Assembly: GCA_012295275.1 (NCBI GenBank)
Contig: CM022665.1
Span: 18,972,001 to 19,036,000 of the forward strand
Length of the DNA stretch: 64,000 nt
Direction: 5' to 3'
Origin: Chrysomallon squamiferum
Lineage: Eukaryota > Animalia > Mollusca
In this document: positions 39,015 to 52,706 of the stretch, piece after piece
Layout of the letters: each line of letters begins with the position of its first letter
Numbering within the stretch: position 1 is the first letter of the stretch
Position numbers and translations under genes: made by a program
The notes under the pieces: generated by a model
Database searches by the model: none
Told to the model about the DNA's origin: nothing
The model's input: the letters and a program-made list of their open reading frames with translations, nothing else

Positions 39015-40907
39015 GGTGGTTAAGATCATTCACTTGTCTTTTCCAACTAAAATAAAATTAACAAAATCAGATTACATTTTCTAAAAAAATATTATAATAA
39101 TTATGTGAATGTCGATATAAATGCAGTGATGCCTACCTTGTACGGACACCCGTGGGGCCGAGCAGTGGTTCCCAACGTTGCAGGAGTCCTCTCATGAGGT
39201 ACAAAAATTACACAATTTTTTTTGAACATGTGCGCAATCTTTATTCAGATCAGTCAAATTTACCCACAACAAACATAAATCGTCGTTTTGGGTTAGTGCC
39301 ATAGCTTTCTGCTAAAACCAGTTGCAAATATATCGAGTTTATTGATGGATGTAAATAAAAATTATTTTGTACTTCATAAAACTGATAATAAGCATAAGGT
39401 ATATTTATGTTTTAAAAAATACTGCTTTTGAAATCCAAATTAAGCTCCGATTTATGACACCCGCACCAACTTTTCATCTCAAAAGTACTTCTATAAGACG
39501 AAGTGTTTATAAAACATAAACACGTGGAATGATGTTAATGTTTGAGTTATCAAAATGATGTACCAAATGGGTTGAACTCGCACGGTTTGGCGATTGCAGG
39601 TAATGGGCAACGCAATTTCTAAAATTAGTGTAACCTATAAAGCTGCTGTAAAACAATTATTTATTTTGAAGAAAACAATCCGCTTGAGCAGTGGAATGAT
39701 AATTTTAAAAATGCTGACTTCGTTCTCGATTCGGAAAAATGTCGGTACATCGTAGATGTAAGTGGCTGGTCATATCGGGGCCTGCTAAAGACTACCACTG
39801 CACATAGGCTGAAAAGATTTCTAATTGTTTGATATTTATACCTGGGTGTATGATCTAAAAAGATGCCGACTCCTGAAGTAACAACATTGCCATTAACACA
39901 TCATCAACACAAGTCAAACATCGATAAATGATTATGAACCTGATATAATAGTAAATATATGCAGTAATACAGCAGTAGTAGTGACAGCATTTATAGCAGA
40001 TAGTAGTAGCAGGTCTGTGCGCAGAAGTTGCTAGAAGAGACCAACATTTTAAAAAATCTAGAATGAAGGAAATACATTTTTCTGCATTCTGGGAATTAAC
40101 TGGCGAGGGAGATAATGAAGTTAGTGTCTGTCAGAACAGATCCGCAAAAAAAAAAACCGTAACGACACTGGTTATGTTATAAGGTCGTATTTTAACACAA
40201 CTGTCACTGCACCCGTTGCTAATGTAAACAACCTACGCTATAATGGAGCCGTAGAATAAAAATGTACATACATTACAAAGGAAATTGAAAAGCTTCGCGA
40301 AACTGTTACTGCACGTATTTCATTATATCAACAGTTTATATATTAAATTTACTCCACAATAATCCAATTCACAAGAACGGTAAAAAATTTAAAAAAAGAA
40401 AGAAGAAAAAATGAGAAGATATTTTACCTGTTTTAATCCACCCGGTATTCTGTTGATCTGTGACCGCTAAAGAGTATCGACCTATCTCCTCGCTTTAGTA
40501 ACGGCTTACTGCAAACAAATAATCAGTGGATCAGGCTGGTGGCGCTGTGGTGAAGACATTGGGTTTCACACTTACACACATTAATAATTAAAACAAATAA
40601 GAAAGAGAAAGAAAAAAAGAAACTAAGTAATTAAATAAATGATCTTTCTCTACAAAAACTTATGTAATACAAGATTGTGTTTCTCAAACGGGAATTTATA
40701 AAATTACATGTCAGTATTTCAGATGACAGAATGGATGACTGATAAAACATTTTTATTCGGGATGGATGTATAGAATGGTCAAGTGAGTAACACAGTTTAA
40801 GTATTGTACATATCTAATAAAGATCTGTGAGTAGCACGAATATATTTCATTTAATTAAATAAAGCATTTTCATTTATTGTTTTTATTTAAATATATAAAC
40901 GAAAAAT

Positions 40908-40953
<46 letters not shown>

Positions 40954-41419
40954 ATAAAATTTATGAATGGACGGCCGGAATCCGACAAGTTTATTACTGA
41001 ATGTACAATTTTTGGGGTTTTTTTTTTTTTTTTTTTTTTGTTAACAGCATTCTGAGATCATTTCTGTTATTATATTTATCGTTTATGTCGTTTATCACAT
41101 ATTCGTTTTTAAACAGAAAATAACAGTAATAATAAGGAAATGACGACGAAAACGAGATCGAATCCCCGTCCGGAATATTGGATATAACAACAGAATACGA
41201 AGGGGAAATAATCTTACTATTTATAATTGATTGTAACACAAATACAGCGCAGACTGAGTTCGAATCATCCACTCGATTTTTGATAATCCACCAAAATGAA
41301 ATGATAAAATTTGAAGATTAAGGGGTGATGACGTTTTTTTTTTGTGGTTGTTTGTGATGTTTATATCTGTGATGGCAAATTCTTTAGAAAGCATAGCGAA
41401 GTCTGATAAATAAAACGAA

Positions 41420-41520
41420 AATCCGCCGGCCATTTTGCCACTGTCCGTGACATACGATACTATAACCACAATACTTTAGGCAAATGTTCGCATAGTGTTT
41501 TAACAGAAATACGGTATGTT
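41420..41520. promoter_or_regulatory. Probable bidirectional promoter region between the PLD-like gene and ACTMAP
   Basis: CpG-richer patch with YY1-like GCCGGCCATTTT (~41425-41436); plus-strand donor ACG|GTATGT at ~41512 upstream of the ACTMAP acceptor at 42262; minus-strand donor-like gtaaga at ~41217. Confidence 0.4.
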
Positions 41521-42262
41521 AAATTTATCCTTAAATTTTTAGTGGTTAAAAGCATACATGTGTGACTTTGCTATACACAATATGGCCTACATCAACTGGT
41601 GCAGATAAAACGAGACATTATGTTATAATTAATTTACTAATACACCGGCGGTAGTACCATTTTAACCCACTAAAACGCATTACCTTATTTGGTGAACATT
41701 TGACTGTGAAATGTGCATTGTCTAGATTTTTAAATACAATACATGCGACACAATAAAGTAAGGTTACATGAATCTTGAATTTAATTTACTTTTATTTTAT
41801 TTAGATTTATAATAAAATATCACTTAATTTCTTTGAACTATTAAATGATCTACAAAGGCACATATTAATATTTAATGATTACAGAATAAGACACAAATCA
41901 CGTTTTAAAATGTTTTCTTATTATAATATATATATATATATAGGATTTCCCTTCCCCATTTAATAATCCGAAATACTGAATACAGTTTAAAAAGAAATAA
42001 CTGCTGAAATAAACATTCTACAGAACTGTAAACATTTGAATTATGTTCCAGTTAGATCAGTTCTGATAAAATGAGATATTTCAATGTGTTAAAACACCTC
42101 ACATACATTTAACGGAAACAAAAACTGGTTAAAAATTACTTTCATTAAACTGCTTTTAAATTATTTTTAATAAAATATTTAAAGTAATTAAAGTATATAT
42201 TGAATCAACATAATTTAATCAGCCAGTGGTGCAAATAACTTACTAGTAAATATTAATTACAG

Positions 42263-45200
42263 ATGTCTGAGCTGAAGGAGGTATTAGACACATTCATCAT
42301 GCAGGACAGGACTGTAATGAACACAGAGTTTGATGACTTGCTGCCACTACTCCCTCTGCCTCCACCTTCACCATCCCAGACATCTCATCTACCTCATTCC
42401 ATTCTAGTAGATTTAGATAATAGTGCAACAAACTATACATCTTCAGCAGAATGTATGACCAAGGAAGTTTCAGCTTTGACGTTAGGACGTGAAGCATATA
42501 AAATAGTTCATGACAAATGGTATGTTCATTGTAGATATTCAAAATTTTAGGATTTGCAAATGTTCATTATAGGTATACTTGTGAACAAGTAGGTTTTCAT
42601 TATGGTGAATGTAACTGTCCAAGATGATATAACTTTAGTTACCAAAGAATTAGCATAGTCTGTAGAAAGTTGGAGGTGTCTGTACTCGGTTCACTTCTTG
42701 AGGATGATAACATCATTTCATTGTTATTTATTTAATGTTTATTAATCAGTAAACAAGGTAAAACTAGTATGCATTGTTACACATTTTTATAAAACTTTAT
42801 TTATTTTATCATACCTTGTATAAATTCTGAATGTAAATAATTGCCACATTTTATTATATGCAGTGTTGAAAAACTCTGCTTTAATTATAAGAACTGAAAA
42901 TTATTAAATCTTTTTTTATTTGAAAAATTAATATAATTTCAGTTCTATATGTTTTTATATTTTTAAATTTTATTACATATACTTTTTTTTTTTTTTTTTT
43001 TTTTAGCCACAAACTTCACCTTTCTTCAAAAAGTTGTTTTCTCTCATTCTATCAGCCAACTCATCCAATAATACAATCTGGGCCAGTGTATGTATAACTT
43101 TTTTCTCTCTGTGTGTCTTCTTGTTGTATTCCCATCTATAATTAAACTAAATTATGAATTTTTAGGAGATTAGCTGGATAGTTGTAACAAAATTGATAGA
43201 AAATGTTGCATGTCCTGTTCTGAAAAATGTAACATTTTTTATAATACATTTTGTGTTTTTATTTAGCCTTCTTTCTCTCTCTTAAATACTGTGTTCGACC
43301 TTATCTCTGTGTATCTCTCTACTGATATTACAGATGTGGTATTGTAGCTTTAGCCATGGCTGCTCCTCTTCTTGGTAAACCACATGTAAAGACTGAACAT
43401 TTATATAATAGAAGTATAGAATTACATTTGTCAAAACAAGGTGAACTGTTTTCAGGTAAATATACGTATCTTTTTTTTTTTTTTCAGAAATATATGAATG
43501 TGGTTGTATTTTTTATTTTATTTATTAATATGGTAAGTTTTTAATTAATCAATGTTTGTTGCTATATAACAAAATTACTTGGTTAAAGTGTATTTTTCAG
43601 TTGAGTGCATAGTTACAAATCATTGCTAATGGTAGCAGGGGCAGATTATGGTTTCCATGCAACATTTTCCAAGTTGCATGGAAACCCCTATACTTAAATA
43701 AATAAATATATAAAATACATATTCATGTGTGTAGCTCTCATGCTCAGAATGATATACCAGCTTAATTCTTTGGTTTGCTGATGCAATGAAAGAGATAGCA
43801 GTGCCAGGAACTATGAATAGACAAACACTGTAAAATTTATAATTTCAAATTTAAACATTTACTTATTTTTTCGATCCATCACACCCACATCTCCTTACCT
43901 AAAGCATAATCTGTTCCTGAATAATAGTAAGACTGGTGTTTATAAAGTAGCAATATCAGATAGTAATGATTAGTCTGTTGATATAATCAATACAGCAACA
44001 TGTAGTAAAATCAGTAGTAATGGTGGCAGTATCAAAAGCCACTGTAGTATAATAGAAGTAATCATAATGTTTATGCACACACACACACTTATTATTGGTC
44101 GGTAATTTTTGTTATTTTTCTCATTTCTTTGTTTCTACAATATCTGTGAAAGTATATGCTTTGTATTTGAAGTTGACTATATGAAAGTGCTGACTCAGGA
44201 TACACTTAAGTGTGGTGTTGAAGTGGCCCATACCACTGAGGATGAACACAAAAAAAATATAGTAAACTGGCTTCTTCAAGGTGCTGTGTTGTTAATACCG
44301 TATCCTTTTAAATGCTTATATTTCCATTGTAACCAATATTCATCACATTATTCTGTAAATTCCTGTCTGTGATAAGGCACACACAAAAATTACTTGCTAC
44401 TGTAAGAAGAAACCAGTCAAAAAATATCAAAAACTTTACATTTCTTTTCAAACTGAAGTATTTATATTTTTATTTTGTTTATTTATTTGTAAAATTTCAG
44501 CTTTCTGTTCTTACTCTTTAGTCATGTTTTTCTTTTCTGTATAGTGTTCTTTTTTTTATATATTAATTTATCAAACAGTTATACATTCTTGCATTCTGAA
44601 TACACTGTTAATATTAATCTTTGTAAATTTTATGTGACTCTTTAAATGCAGATTCTTTAACCAAATTTTTCAGTTATGATTCTGATAAAAATTATTATCC
44701 TTGTTTAAAAAAAGGCCATAAGGCTCATTGGGCAGTAATAACAGGTGAGTTTATTCTTTTTAAATTTATCTTTTATTTTATTTATTTGTTTGTTTGTTTT
44801 ATTTTATTTATTTATTTATTATTTTTTGGTGGGAGGATTTTTAACAGAATGAAATTCATATAACTTCATCATTTAAACCTCATTTATTAGTTTTATAACT
44901 TTGTACCTGCTAAAAAGTTAATGGATGTGAAACTAAGCTCAAACTGTAACACTAAAAAGATTCTCAATTAAATGACCTCTAGCAAATGCCTGACAACTTA
45001 CTTTTCAAAGGCTGCAATAGTTGTTGTCTTGTATGTGTAAAGGTGCATATGAAGGTTTCTGATTACAAAAACAGTAATTATACTCAGTGTTTTAGCTGAA
45101 GATTGAAATATGTTTAGTTTGTTGTCAAATAAAAAATATTTCTGTCTTGCTTTTCACTTGAGGATCTTTATGTTATACCATCTTTAAATACAAACTATTT

Positions 45201-45704
45201 TGTGAAGTATCTTTAAAAAAATACATTTATTTTATAAATCAGCACTGGATTTAAACCTTTAAGAAATCAAAATTTACGCAGGCACACATTACATACTCTG
45301 CTGTTAAATGTATGTTTATACAGAGTGTTTTTCCTAATGCACGGAAACAAAGAAAACTGTTTTTTTTCTATTTTTCAGGTTTCTTTCTGGCACTAAATTC
45401 ACAAGCTGAATCCTCAGTATATTCACACTGTAGAGAGGACTCAGAAAAAAGTAACCTGTATCATTGTTCTGAACCCACATTTCTACTGGAACTCCAGAAC
45501 TCAGTGCAATATGTGTCTGTGTATGGCCAGCAGGGAAAGAGTAAGTACCCAGGTATTTGGAACTTAGACGATCTCCTGGCCAGCAACATGAACCTCAAAG
45601 AATTGGATCCTAGCAGAGCTGCAGAAGCTGACCGTTATGTTATTCCCCATGGGGGTATTGAAGGAGGATTGTGTGGAAGGATTGTAGTTCTTACTGTGGA
45701 CTAG
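42263..45704 (+). CDS. ACTMAP: Actin maturation protease (ACTMAP / C19orf54 / UPF0692), ~327 aa, 6 coding exons
   Basis: Exons 42263-42519, 43007-43087, 43334-43455, 44173-44299, 44674-44744, 45379-45704 (984 nt). Motifs IIQSGPVCGIVALAMA, KQGELFS, LLIPYDSDKNYYPCLKKGHKAHWAVITG, QGKSKYPGIW, SNMNL, GGIEGGLCGRIVVL match the ACTMAP family; Pro-rich N-terminus. Confidence 0.93.
43636..43919. mobile_element. hAT-like MITE in ACTMAP intron
   Basis: TIRs CAGGGGCAGATTATG and CATAATCTGTTCCTG; degenerate 8-bp TSD aatggtag / aataatag; related copy at 10897-11183. Confidence 0.7.
44300..44673 (+). other. U12-type (minor spliceosome) GT-AG intron in ACTMAP
   Basis: 5' site GTATCCTTTT at 44300; branch site TTCTTTAAC at 44653-44661 close to the CAG acceptor (44671-73); removal restores the conserved LLIP-YD. 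Confidence 0.88.
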
Positions 45705-46030
45705 ATTTTTATTATTATTTTTTTAATATTAATATTGTATGAATGATACAAAAGAAGAAAACTGTCTCATGTAATAGTTACGAATTTTATATGTTCCCAT
45801 AGTTGAAGTGGATTGAAATCAGGGAAGATATCTGTTCTTACAATGTACTGGACAATCTTCACTAATGATAAAACAAATGACAATCTCGTTATGATCCAGG
45901 GAACCTCCCTTTTTTAATTACACATACGACATGTATGTGTATGTTTTAAGCATTACATTTAACTGTTTTTTTACAGTTTTGCCAAAGGTTTTAGTATTAA
46001 TATTACAGTATGTCGGGAAGAACTGAAAGT

Positions 46031-46680
46031 TATTTTAAAAATAAAAACTAAAAGACAATCTAAATACTGAACAAATTAATATACATACATATTTTTAAAA
46101 TAAAAACCAAAAGACAATCTAAATACTGCACAAATTAATATACATACATATTTTTAAAATAAAAACCAAAGACAATCTAAATACTGCACAAATTAATATA
46201 CATACATATTTTTAAAATAAAAACCTAAAAGACAATCTAAATACTGAACAAATTAATATACATACATATTTTTAAAATAAAAACCAAAAGACAATCTAAA
46301 TACTGAACAAATTAATATACATACATATTTTTAAAATAAAAACCAAAGACAATCTAAATACTGAACAAATTAATATACATACATATTTTTAAAATAAAAA
46401 CCAAAAGACAATCTAAATACTGAACAAATTAATATACATACATATTTTTAAAATAAAAACCAAAGACAATCTAAATACTGCACAAATTAATATACATACA
46501 TATTTTTTAAAAAATAAAACCAAAAGACAATCTAAATACTGCACAAATTAATATACATACATATTTTTAAAATAAAAACCAAAAGACAATCTAAATACTG
46601 CACAAATTAATATACATACATATTTTTAAAATAAAAACCAAAAGACAATCTAAATACTGCACAAATTAATATACATACAT
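46031..46680. repeat. 59-bp AT-rich minisatellite, ~11 copies
   Basis: Unit atttttaaaataaaaaccaaaagacaatctaaatactg(c/a)acaaattaatatacatacat, nearly perfect copies. Confidence 0.97.
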
Positions 46681-47137
46681 GTATCCAATATGTCTGTGAG
46701 AAATTTCTTCTTTGTGTGTTTCGAAATATTTAGTTTATAATCTTATGTTACACTGTAAAACCACGCAATGAAGGATTGTTACCCAATTTAGATACCCATG
46801 CATGTAGATTTATAAAGGTTCTTTGTATTATTACTTTTACAAAATTTGTCACACTGTATGAAAAATAAAAACCCATTTCATAGTCCTTCGTTTTTGGCGT
46901 GAATTTTTTATTTGGTACATTATATAAAAAAAAAAAAATCTATGTTATAAATCCACTGTGATACACTATCAAAATATTTAACTACCATTTTTACTGGATA
47001 CATAACCATCAAGTTCATATGAATACTTGTTTTTCTGTCAGTATATAACAGATCTTTTGGTGCTTACAGCTGCTGCTACTACAACAGCTACTGTTTGTGT
47101 TATTTACTATTTTTAGTTTTCATAATAAAACTTAATT

Positions 47138-47168
<31 letters not shown>

Positions 47169-47652
47169 CATTAACAATAACAGCAGCACTACTGATTACA
47201 CATCAGTTAGTACCAAGGGGTCTGAAAACTGGTGAGAGGAAAACACTGGCATAATTTATACCTTTCATAAACCACTCGAAATGTAGTGGTAACGGGAAAT
47301 AGATCAACGAGAAATTTCGGAAAGAGATAGTTAAGATCGATGATGAAAACTTGTTAACCTGCATGTCAGTGGGCTATTTAAAGAACATAGTAACAATTTA
47401 TACAAAGAATTTTAACAGCTTTAATTAGGCAGTGGTGTAAGAAATAAAATAATAACAGGTTTAAGAGCAGTTAGAGGCGGAGTTCGCCTGAGGCTGTAAT
47501 CATTAGCCTGTGATGCGATCTGTTGACAGACGTGTACAGGCAAATGGATATTGATGTAATTGACTTGTTCATTCGCGCGCTCTCTCTATTACGTCATCAG
47601 CCAGTGACAGAAGTTTGTCCCAAATATATCGCCTTTTCCCCCCTTCTTTTTA

Positions 47653-47695
<43 letters not shown>

Positions 47696-47809
47696 GGAAC
47701 TCCAAAGTGATTTTCTGTTTGGCAAATATAAAGTTGACTCCTAACAGTCACTGCAGATCTTTTTATCCTACTTCAGTTACACAAAAATTCAAAATGATGA
47801 GTTAAATAG

Positions 47810-47857
<48 letters not shown>

Positions 47858-48161
47858 TAGATGGATTCTGTAAACATGGCATTGCTCAGATGATAAAGCG
47901 TAGTGTTTGCAGATATCTGTAGTAAATGTTCACATATTTTAAATGTTTTATAAAATCATACAGAGACAATAATCAGCTCTATAAACTACATTCGCAAAGC
48001 ACTTGAATATCAAATATTTTCAGTAAAATATTTTTAATATATTAAGCAAAATTATTTTCACTTTCATAATTTACGAATGCCATTAATATTCACAAAAAGA
48101 ATCGTGTTCGTAAAAGGAACCTTTTTAGTGAAAATTGTTACACTGACACAATTAAGACTGT

Positions 48162-48642
48162 TTAATCATAGACGTCCTCCCAGAGATCATCTACATCGTA
48201 ATACCCATCAGATAATCATAATCTGGATAATCACTGATATCAAAATAGTCATCATCATAATCGTATGCATCAGCGGCATCAATCATAACATTATTCTTAT
48301 TCGTCGTTAGACATTTATCTTCGAGCACTGCACTCTGTTGATATTCACGAGTTTGTATCTCCCAGTCGTTGCCACAAGCTTCGCCATTTTTGCAGTATCA
48401 TTCCTTGAGCGTCTATCGTTATTAGATTCAGATAGTTGTTGTTTGTTGTCGTTTGTTTACCTCTCTTCAGAATTAGTAGCATTCACAGTAAAAAATTGTT
48501 CAGCTGAAGTTCCAACAAAAATACTTCCATTTACCTGACCATTTATATTGATGACGACAGTCGTAGACCCAGATCTTGGATTTCCCTCTATAGGATTTCC
48601 CGAGTAAAAAATAGTAGCTTCAAGCGTCGGGTATACAAGCAT
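48162..48642 (-). pseudogene. Decayed intronless coding-like segment with Asp/Tyr-rich end
   Basis: Frames read MLVYPTLEATIFYSGNP..., then ...CKNGEACGNDWEIQTREYQQSAVLEDKCLTTNKNNVMIDAADAYDYDDDYFDISDYPDYDY, then after a frameshift GYYDVDDLWEDVYD*; several frameshifts are needed. Confidence 0.35.
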
Positions 48643-50391
48643 TTCTCAGTTTTATTGGCATCTTAATCTAAATACTGGTATTTATTTATTTATTTCATTA
48701 TTATTATTATTATTTAATAATCATCATCATTACTACTAGTATTACTACATTTATTACTACCACTACTATTATTACTAATACTAGTATTATTACTATTACT
48801 ACTTTCCTACTGCTACTGCCACTAAAATTACTATTCTACTACTCGTCTAGTATTGTTATTAGTACTGCTGCTCCTCCACTACCTCTGTTATTAATTACTA
48901 TTACTAAACTCTTAAATAAGTAAAAAGAACACAATTAACACTGAGGTGTGACTGGCGCGTGCTGTTTTTCTAGGAGCAAATCACAGTTAGTTACAATTGA
49001 AAACATTTTAAGAATCAGTTTCCCGGCAAAAGATCATGAGAATAGCAGGTTTTGTAATGTCCTCGCTGGCTGATAGCATCTCCATTTGTTAGAAATAATT
49101 GTCGTGTGAATGCCGCTGTCATGGCTAGCCGTTTTCCTAATAGGTATTGCTTTCCTTGCCACGTGGTCCAAAAGTCAGCCGCGAAAATGGCGGGAAGGTA
49201 ATAATGTGGCGGTTATCGGTTTAATAGCCTTGAAAGTGAATGTTGTTTAATCAACACTGCCCAGAAGGATATAATTACTGCAACACCCCTTGATGACAGT
49301 ATCTGCTGGATTCGTTGTTCTGAATAAACAAATCTTAATGCTTTTGCCTCTGGGGTTGTAATTAGGGGTTGAAATACAGATACGCTCGGGTGAGATGTCC
49401 ACCCGGTTTTTAGTCTGCCAGATTAGAATACCAGATGACTCTAAAGTGAAAACAGAAGAAAAATTAATCGAGATTTTTTTTTTTTTTTACCTTATTTCAA
49501 ATATCTACAACAGTATTTAAACAGCTCCAGGCAAAATATAAAATTTTACTGAAACTGTACATTAATAAATAAATTAACTAAGTGATATATTTATTTGTTT
49601 GTTTTGTTTTGATATTTAGATAAAAATTTAATTTTAAACGATTTTTGTTTTGTATTTATGAATTAATTAGTTAACTAAACCAAATACAATTATATATCTT
49701 CTTTTCTAGGTAAAAGATCCTCGGTTATTGTTAGAATTTTATGTTTTTCTTTCCTTTTCCTTTTTATTTTATGTTTTTTTTTTACTTCTTGTTGTTGTTG
49801 TTTTTTTTTGTTTTATTTTGATTTGTTGTTGTTTTTTTGTTTGTTTTGGTTTTTTTTTTTTTAAACTGGCAGTTATCATCTGATAAATAGGAATTAAAAT
49901 TTAGAAACTCAAAATGTCACAGAAAACCATCTCCAATCAGTACGGCGGACCATTTCCCAGGATGCGCCCCAGGGTGCGCTCATTATGCTAAATGACAACT
50001 ATTGTTGACAATGTCTTAAAAAGTAGTCTCCTCACGGCCGATCTGCATCTGGGAAGTCACTCCCATCTGAACACCCATTGTTGGAATCGTTATAAAGGCT
50101 TTAACCGCAGTGAGTTTGTTGTTTTCATATCTAACTTGGGTTTGACAGTGCACGTTCGTCCTTCTGCCCTTTTATCGATCTTCAGATACCGGTAAGCGGT
50201 CAGAAGTTAAATATATACGGACACAGCAATGGAAGTGAGTGGCGTTAATAAACGATCGGCAGAAGTAACAGACACGAAAAAAAACCGACTTTGATACGAA
50301 AAAGTTGAAGACGACAGACGATTCAGACACGAGCTGTTACAGCAAAACAGAAAGATCAAATAATATTTCGCACGCAGTTCATTCTTCTAAA

Positions 50392-51072
50392 ATGTCAGTC
50401 GAAACAAAATTAAGAAGCAATTTTTTTGAAAATTTCGGACATCATCATGGTTTTTCAAGAGATCGTGTAGAAACTAATGTTGCTGAATGTGCTCCATATT
50501 TACGTCTGCAAGAAAATATTAAGCGAGAGGTTGAGAGAAGATACGAAAATGATTCGGAACAACATATCAACGTCTGTGACTTTGATGAAACTTCCTCTGA
50601 TGGAAATTACAAAGATTCCTACCACTCAGAGAAAATCTCCAAATCAAGAGTTCCGGAAGAAATCAGGCTCAGAATTAATAGCCGTGAAAGACAGAGAATG
50701 CATGATCTGAATTCAGCTCTGGACAGTCTAAGACAAGTTATGCCTTATTCAAACGGACCTTCAGTGAAGAAGTTGTCGAAAATGTCGACGTTATTGTTGG
50801 CTAGAAACTACATCGTCATGCTGTCTCAGTCGATGGAGGAAATGAGAAAGTTAATTCAAGAACTCAGCTCACATAGGACTGTTGTTCCTCCTCCTCAACT
50901 GCCGCAGTTTGTACAAGGTCCTTCCAGACATTTGCTGCTATCACCGTATGCCTCCCATCTTGGAGTTAAATTGCCACGACCAAACCTAGCCTACCATCCA
51001 AGTTCCGTGATGCCGTGTTCCTGTTCTGAATGTCAGGTAAAACAGAGACATTCACCAGAATGGAAGTCATAG
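50392..51072 (+). CDS. olig: Olig-family bHLH transcription factor (intronless)
   Basis: b[56 protein letters not shown] and C-terminal PCSCSEC; INSRER/VMPY..GPSV/ARNY are closer to Olig than to Beta3/BHLHE22. First in-frame ATG 50392; true start may be 50229 (see findings). TATAAA at ~50092, AATAAA at ~51418. Confidence 0.9.
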   Translation: MSVETKLRSNFFENFGHHHGFSRDRVETNVAECAPYLRLQENIKREVERRYENDSEQHINVCDFDETSSDGNYKDSYHSEKISKSRVPEEIRLRINSRERQRMHDLNSALDSLRQVMPYSNGPSVKKLSKMSTLLLARNYIVMLSQSMEEMRKLIQELSSHRTVVPPPQLPQFVQGPSRHLLLSPYASHLGVKLPRPNLAYHPSSVMPCSCSECQVKQRHSPEWKS

Positions 51073-51356
51073 AATAACATCAAGATAACCATACCGCCAA
51101 TCAGAGATTCTTCAAGTAAAAAGAAGGAAAACTGTACATTAATGCAGGCCATTTTTTTTTTTTTTTTTTTTTTCTTTCGTGTATTGTACTGTAAGGAAAG
51201 ACGATAATCTGATTAGAAAAGTGTCATTACCAAACTGTTCATAATGAAATCAACGACAATACTACTGAGAAAGTCACGTTGTCAGATCCAATATAAAAAC
51301 TATTAATGGTCTTCATCCAAACGCTGTTGTCGAAATAGAACTGTTTATTCATCAAC

Positions 51357-51412
<56 letters not shown>

Positions 51413-52076
51413 CAAACAATAAACATTTCAAAATCATGACTTTATTTAGAAGTAACCTAAGGCCTTCATCTTGACGATTAACACCAAACAGTAAATAAAA
51501 TCGTGAAGTTCAGTATGCAGACGGAACACATTTACAGAAGACTATTAACAAAAAATAATAGGTTCAAAAAAGAAATTAATTCAAAATGGCTAACAGATAA
51601 CGATTGACAACGTCTGGATGAAATCAAAAGTTACTTGGAACGTGGGATTTTTGTGCATAATGCGCATTTAAAAAAATATAGTTTTAGTAACCAGAGTATT
51701 ATTGATATTGACAGTTTAATGTTAATACATTTTATACACAGAAACTGTTGTTTTTTTTGTTTGTTTTTTCTCTGTTAATTTATGTATTAAAAACTATCTT
51801 ATTTTTACATATGCTATTAAAATTTATTTAAAATGAAAAAAATATTGTTATTATTATTACAAAAGTTGTAAATAATATTGATTAATACTTAACCGAATTA
51901 TACTGTCCTGTACAGGAAGCAAATTGTATTGTTAGACATATTTACTTTTTGCTGCTGTTATTCAAAAAAGTATTTATTTTCAACATTAAATCATGTTTTA
52001 TTTTTCTTAGATGTTCCATATAGTAGGTTTGAGTCCTAATAAAATGGTAAAATGCAATGGGTTTTCTCTAAAGTAC

Positions 52077-52127
<51 letters not shown>

Positions 52128-52706
52128 GAATACATATTAATAACAGCAATAACAAAACTATAAATAAATAAATAAACTAAAAAGAAATATTTAATCAGTT
52201 GTTACGAACTGAAAAATCAAGGGTAAGAAGGAAGCAGACAGTGAACCAGTATATTATTATATAGAGGGAATAAGTGGTAATTGTCTTAAAACATCAGTTT
52301 TATCCTGGAAAAACTATATGGAATTAGCCGTTTCATTTCTCAACCATCTGCTCTCGAGAGTAATAGATTCATGCGTATTGGTTTTGTTTTCGCCCACAGA
52401 AATTATATTTGAAAACAAAATATTTAATATACAAGACCTAAACCAGCAGTTGAATTACTAAAGAAGTAACACTGAACATTGTATATGTATATAACAAGTA
52501 ATTAATCGAAGTAATAATAAATCCTGCATAGTTCCGGTACATAAATAAAATTAGTTGAGCATTATAACATTTTGTGAAAATTTATTTGTATTTTTTGTTG
52601 AAAATACAAAATAAACGTCAGTTTTTATTTTAATTAATTAATTTATTTATTTATTATTTCATAATATTTTTATTTTTATTTATTTATTTAGTTAGTTAGT
52701 TATTTA

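Noticed and set aside
39162-39800. Possible hAT MITE starting CAGTGGTTCCCAAC
   Set aside because: Right end matches only 7 bp and no TSD.
46031-46680. CRISPR-like regular repeat
   Set aside because: Head-to-tail units without unique spacers, eukaryotic context, no cas genes: a minisatellite.
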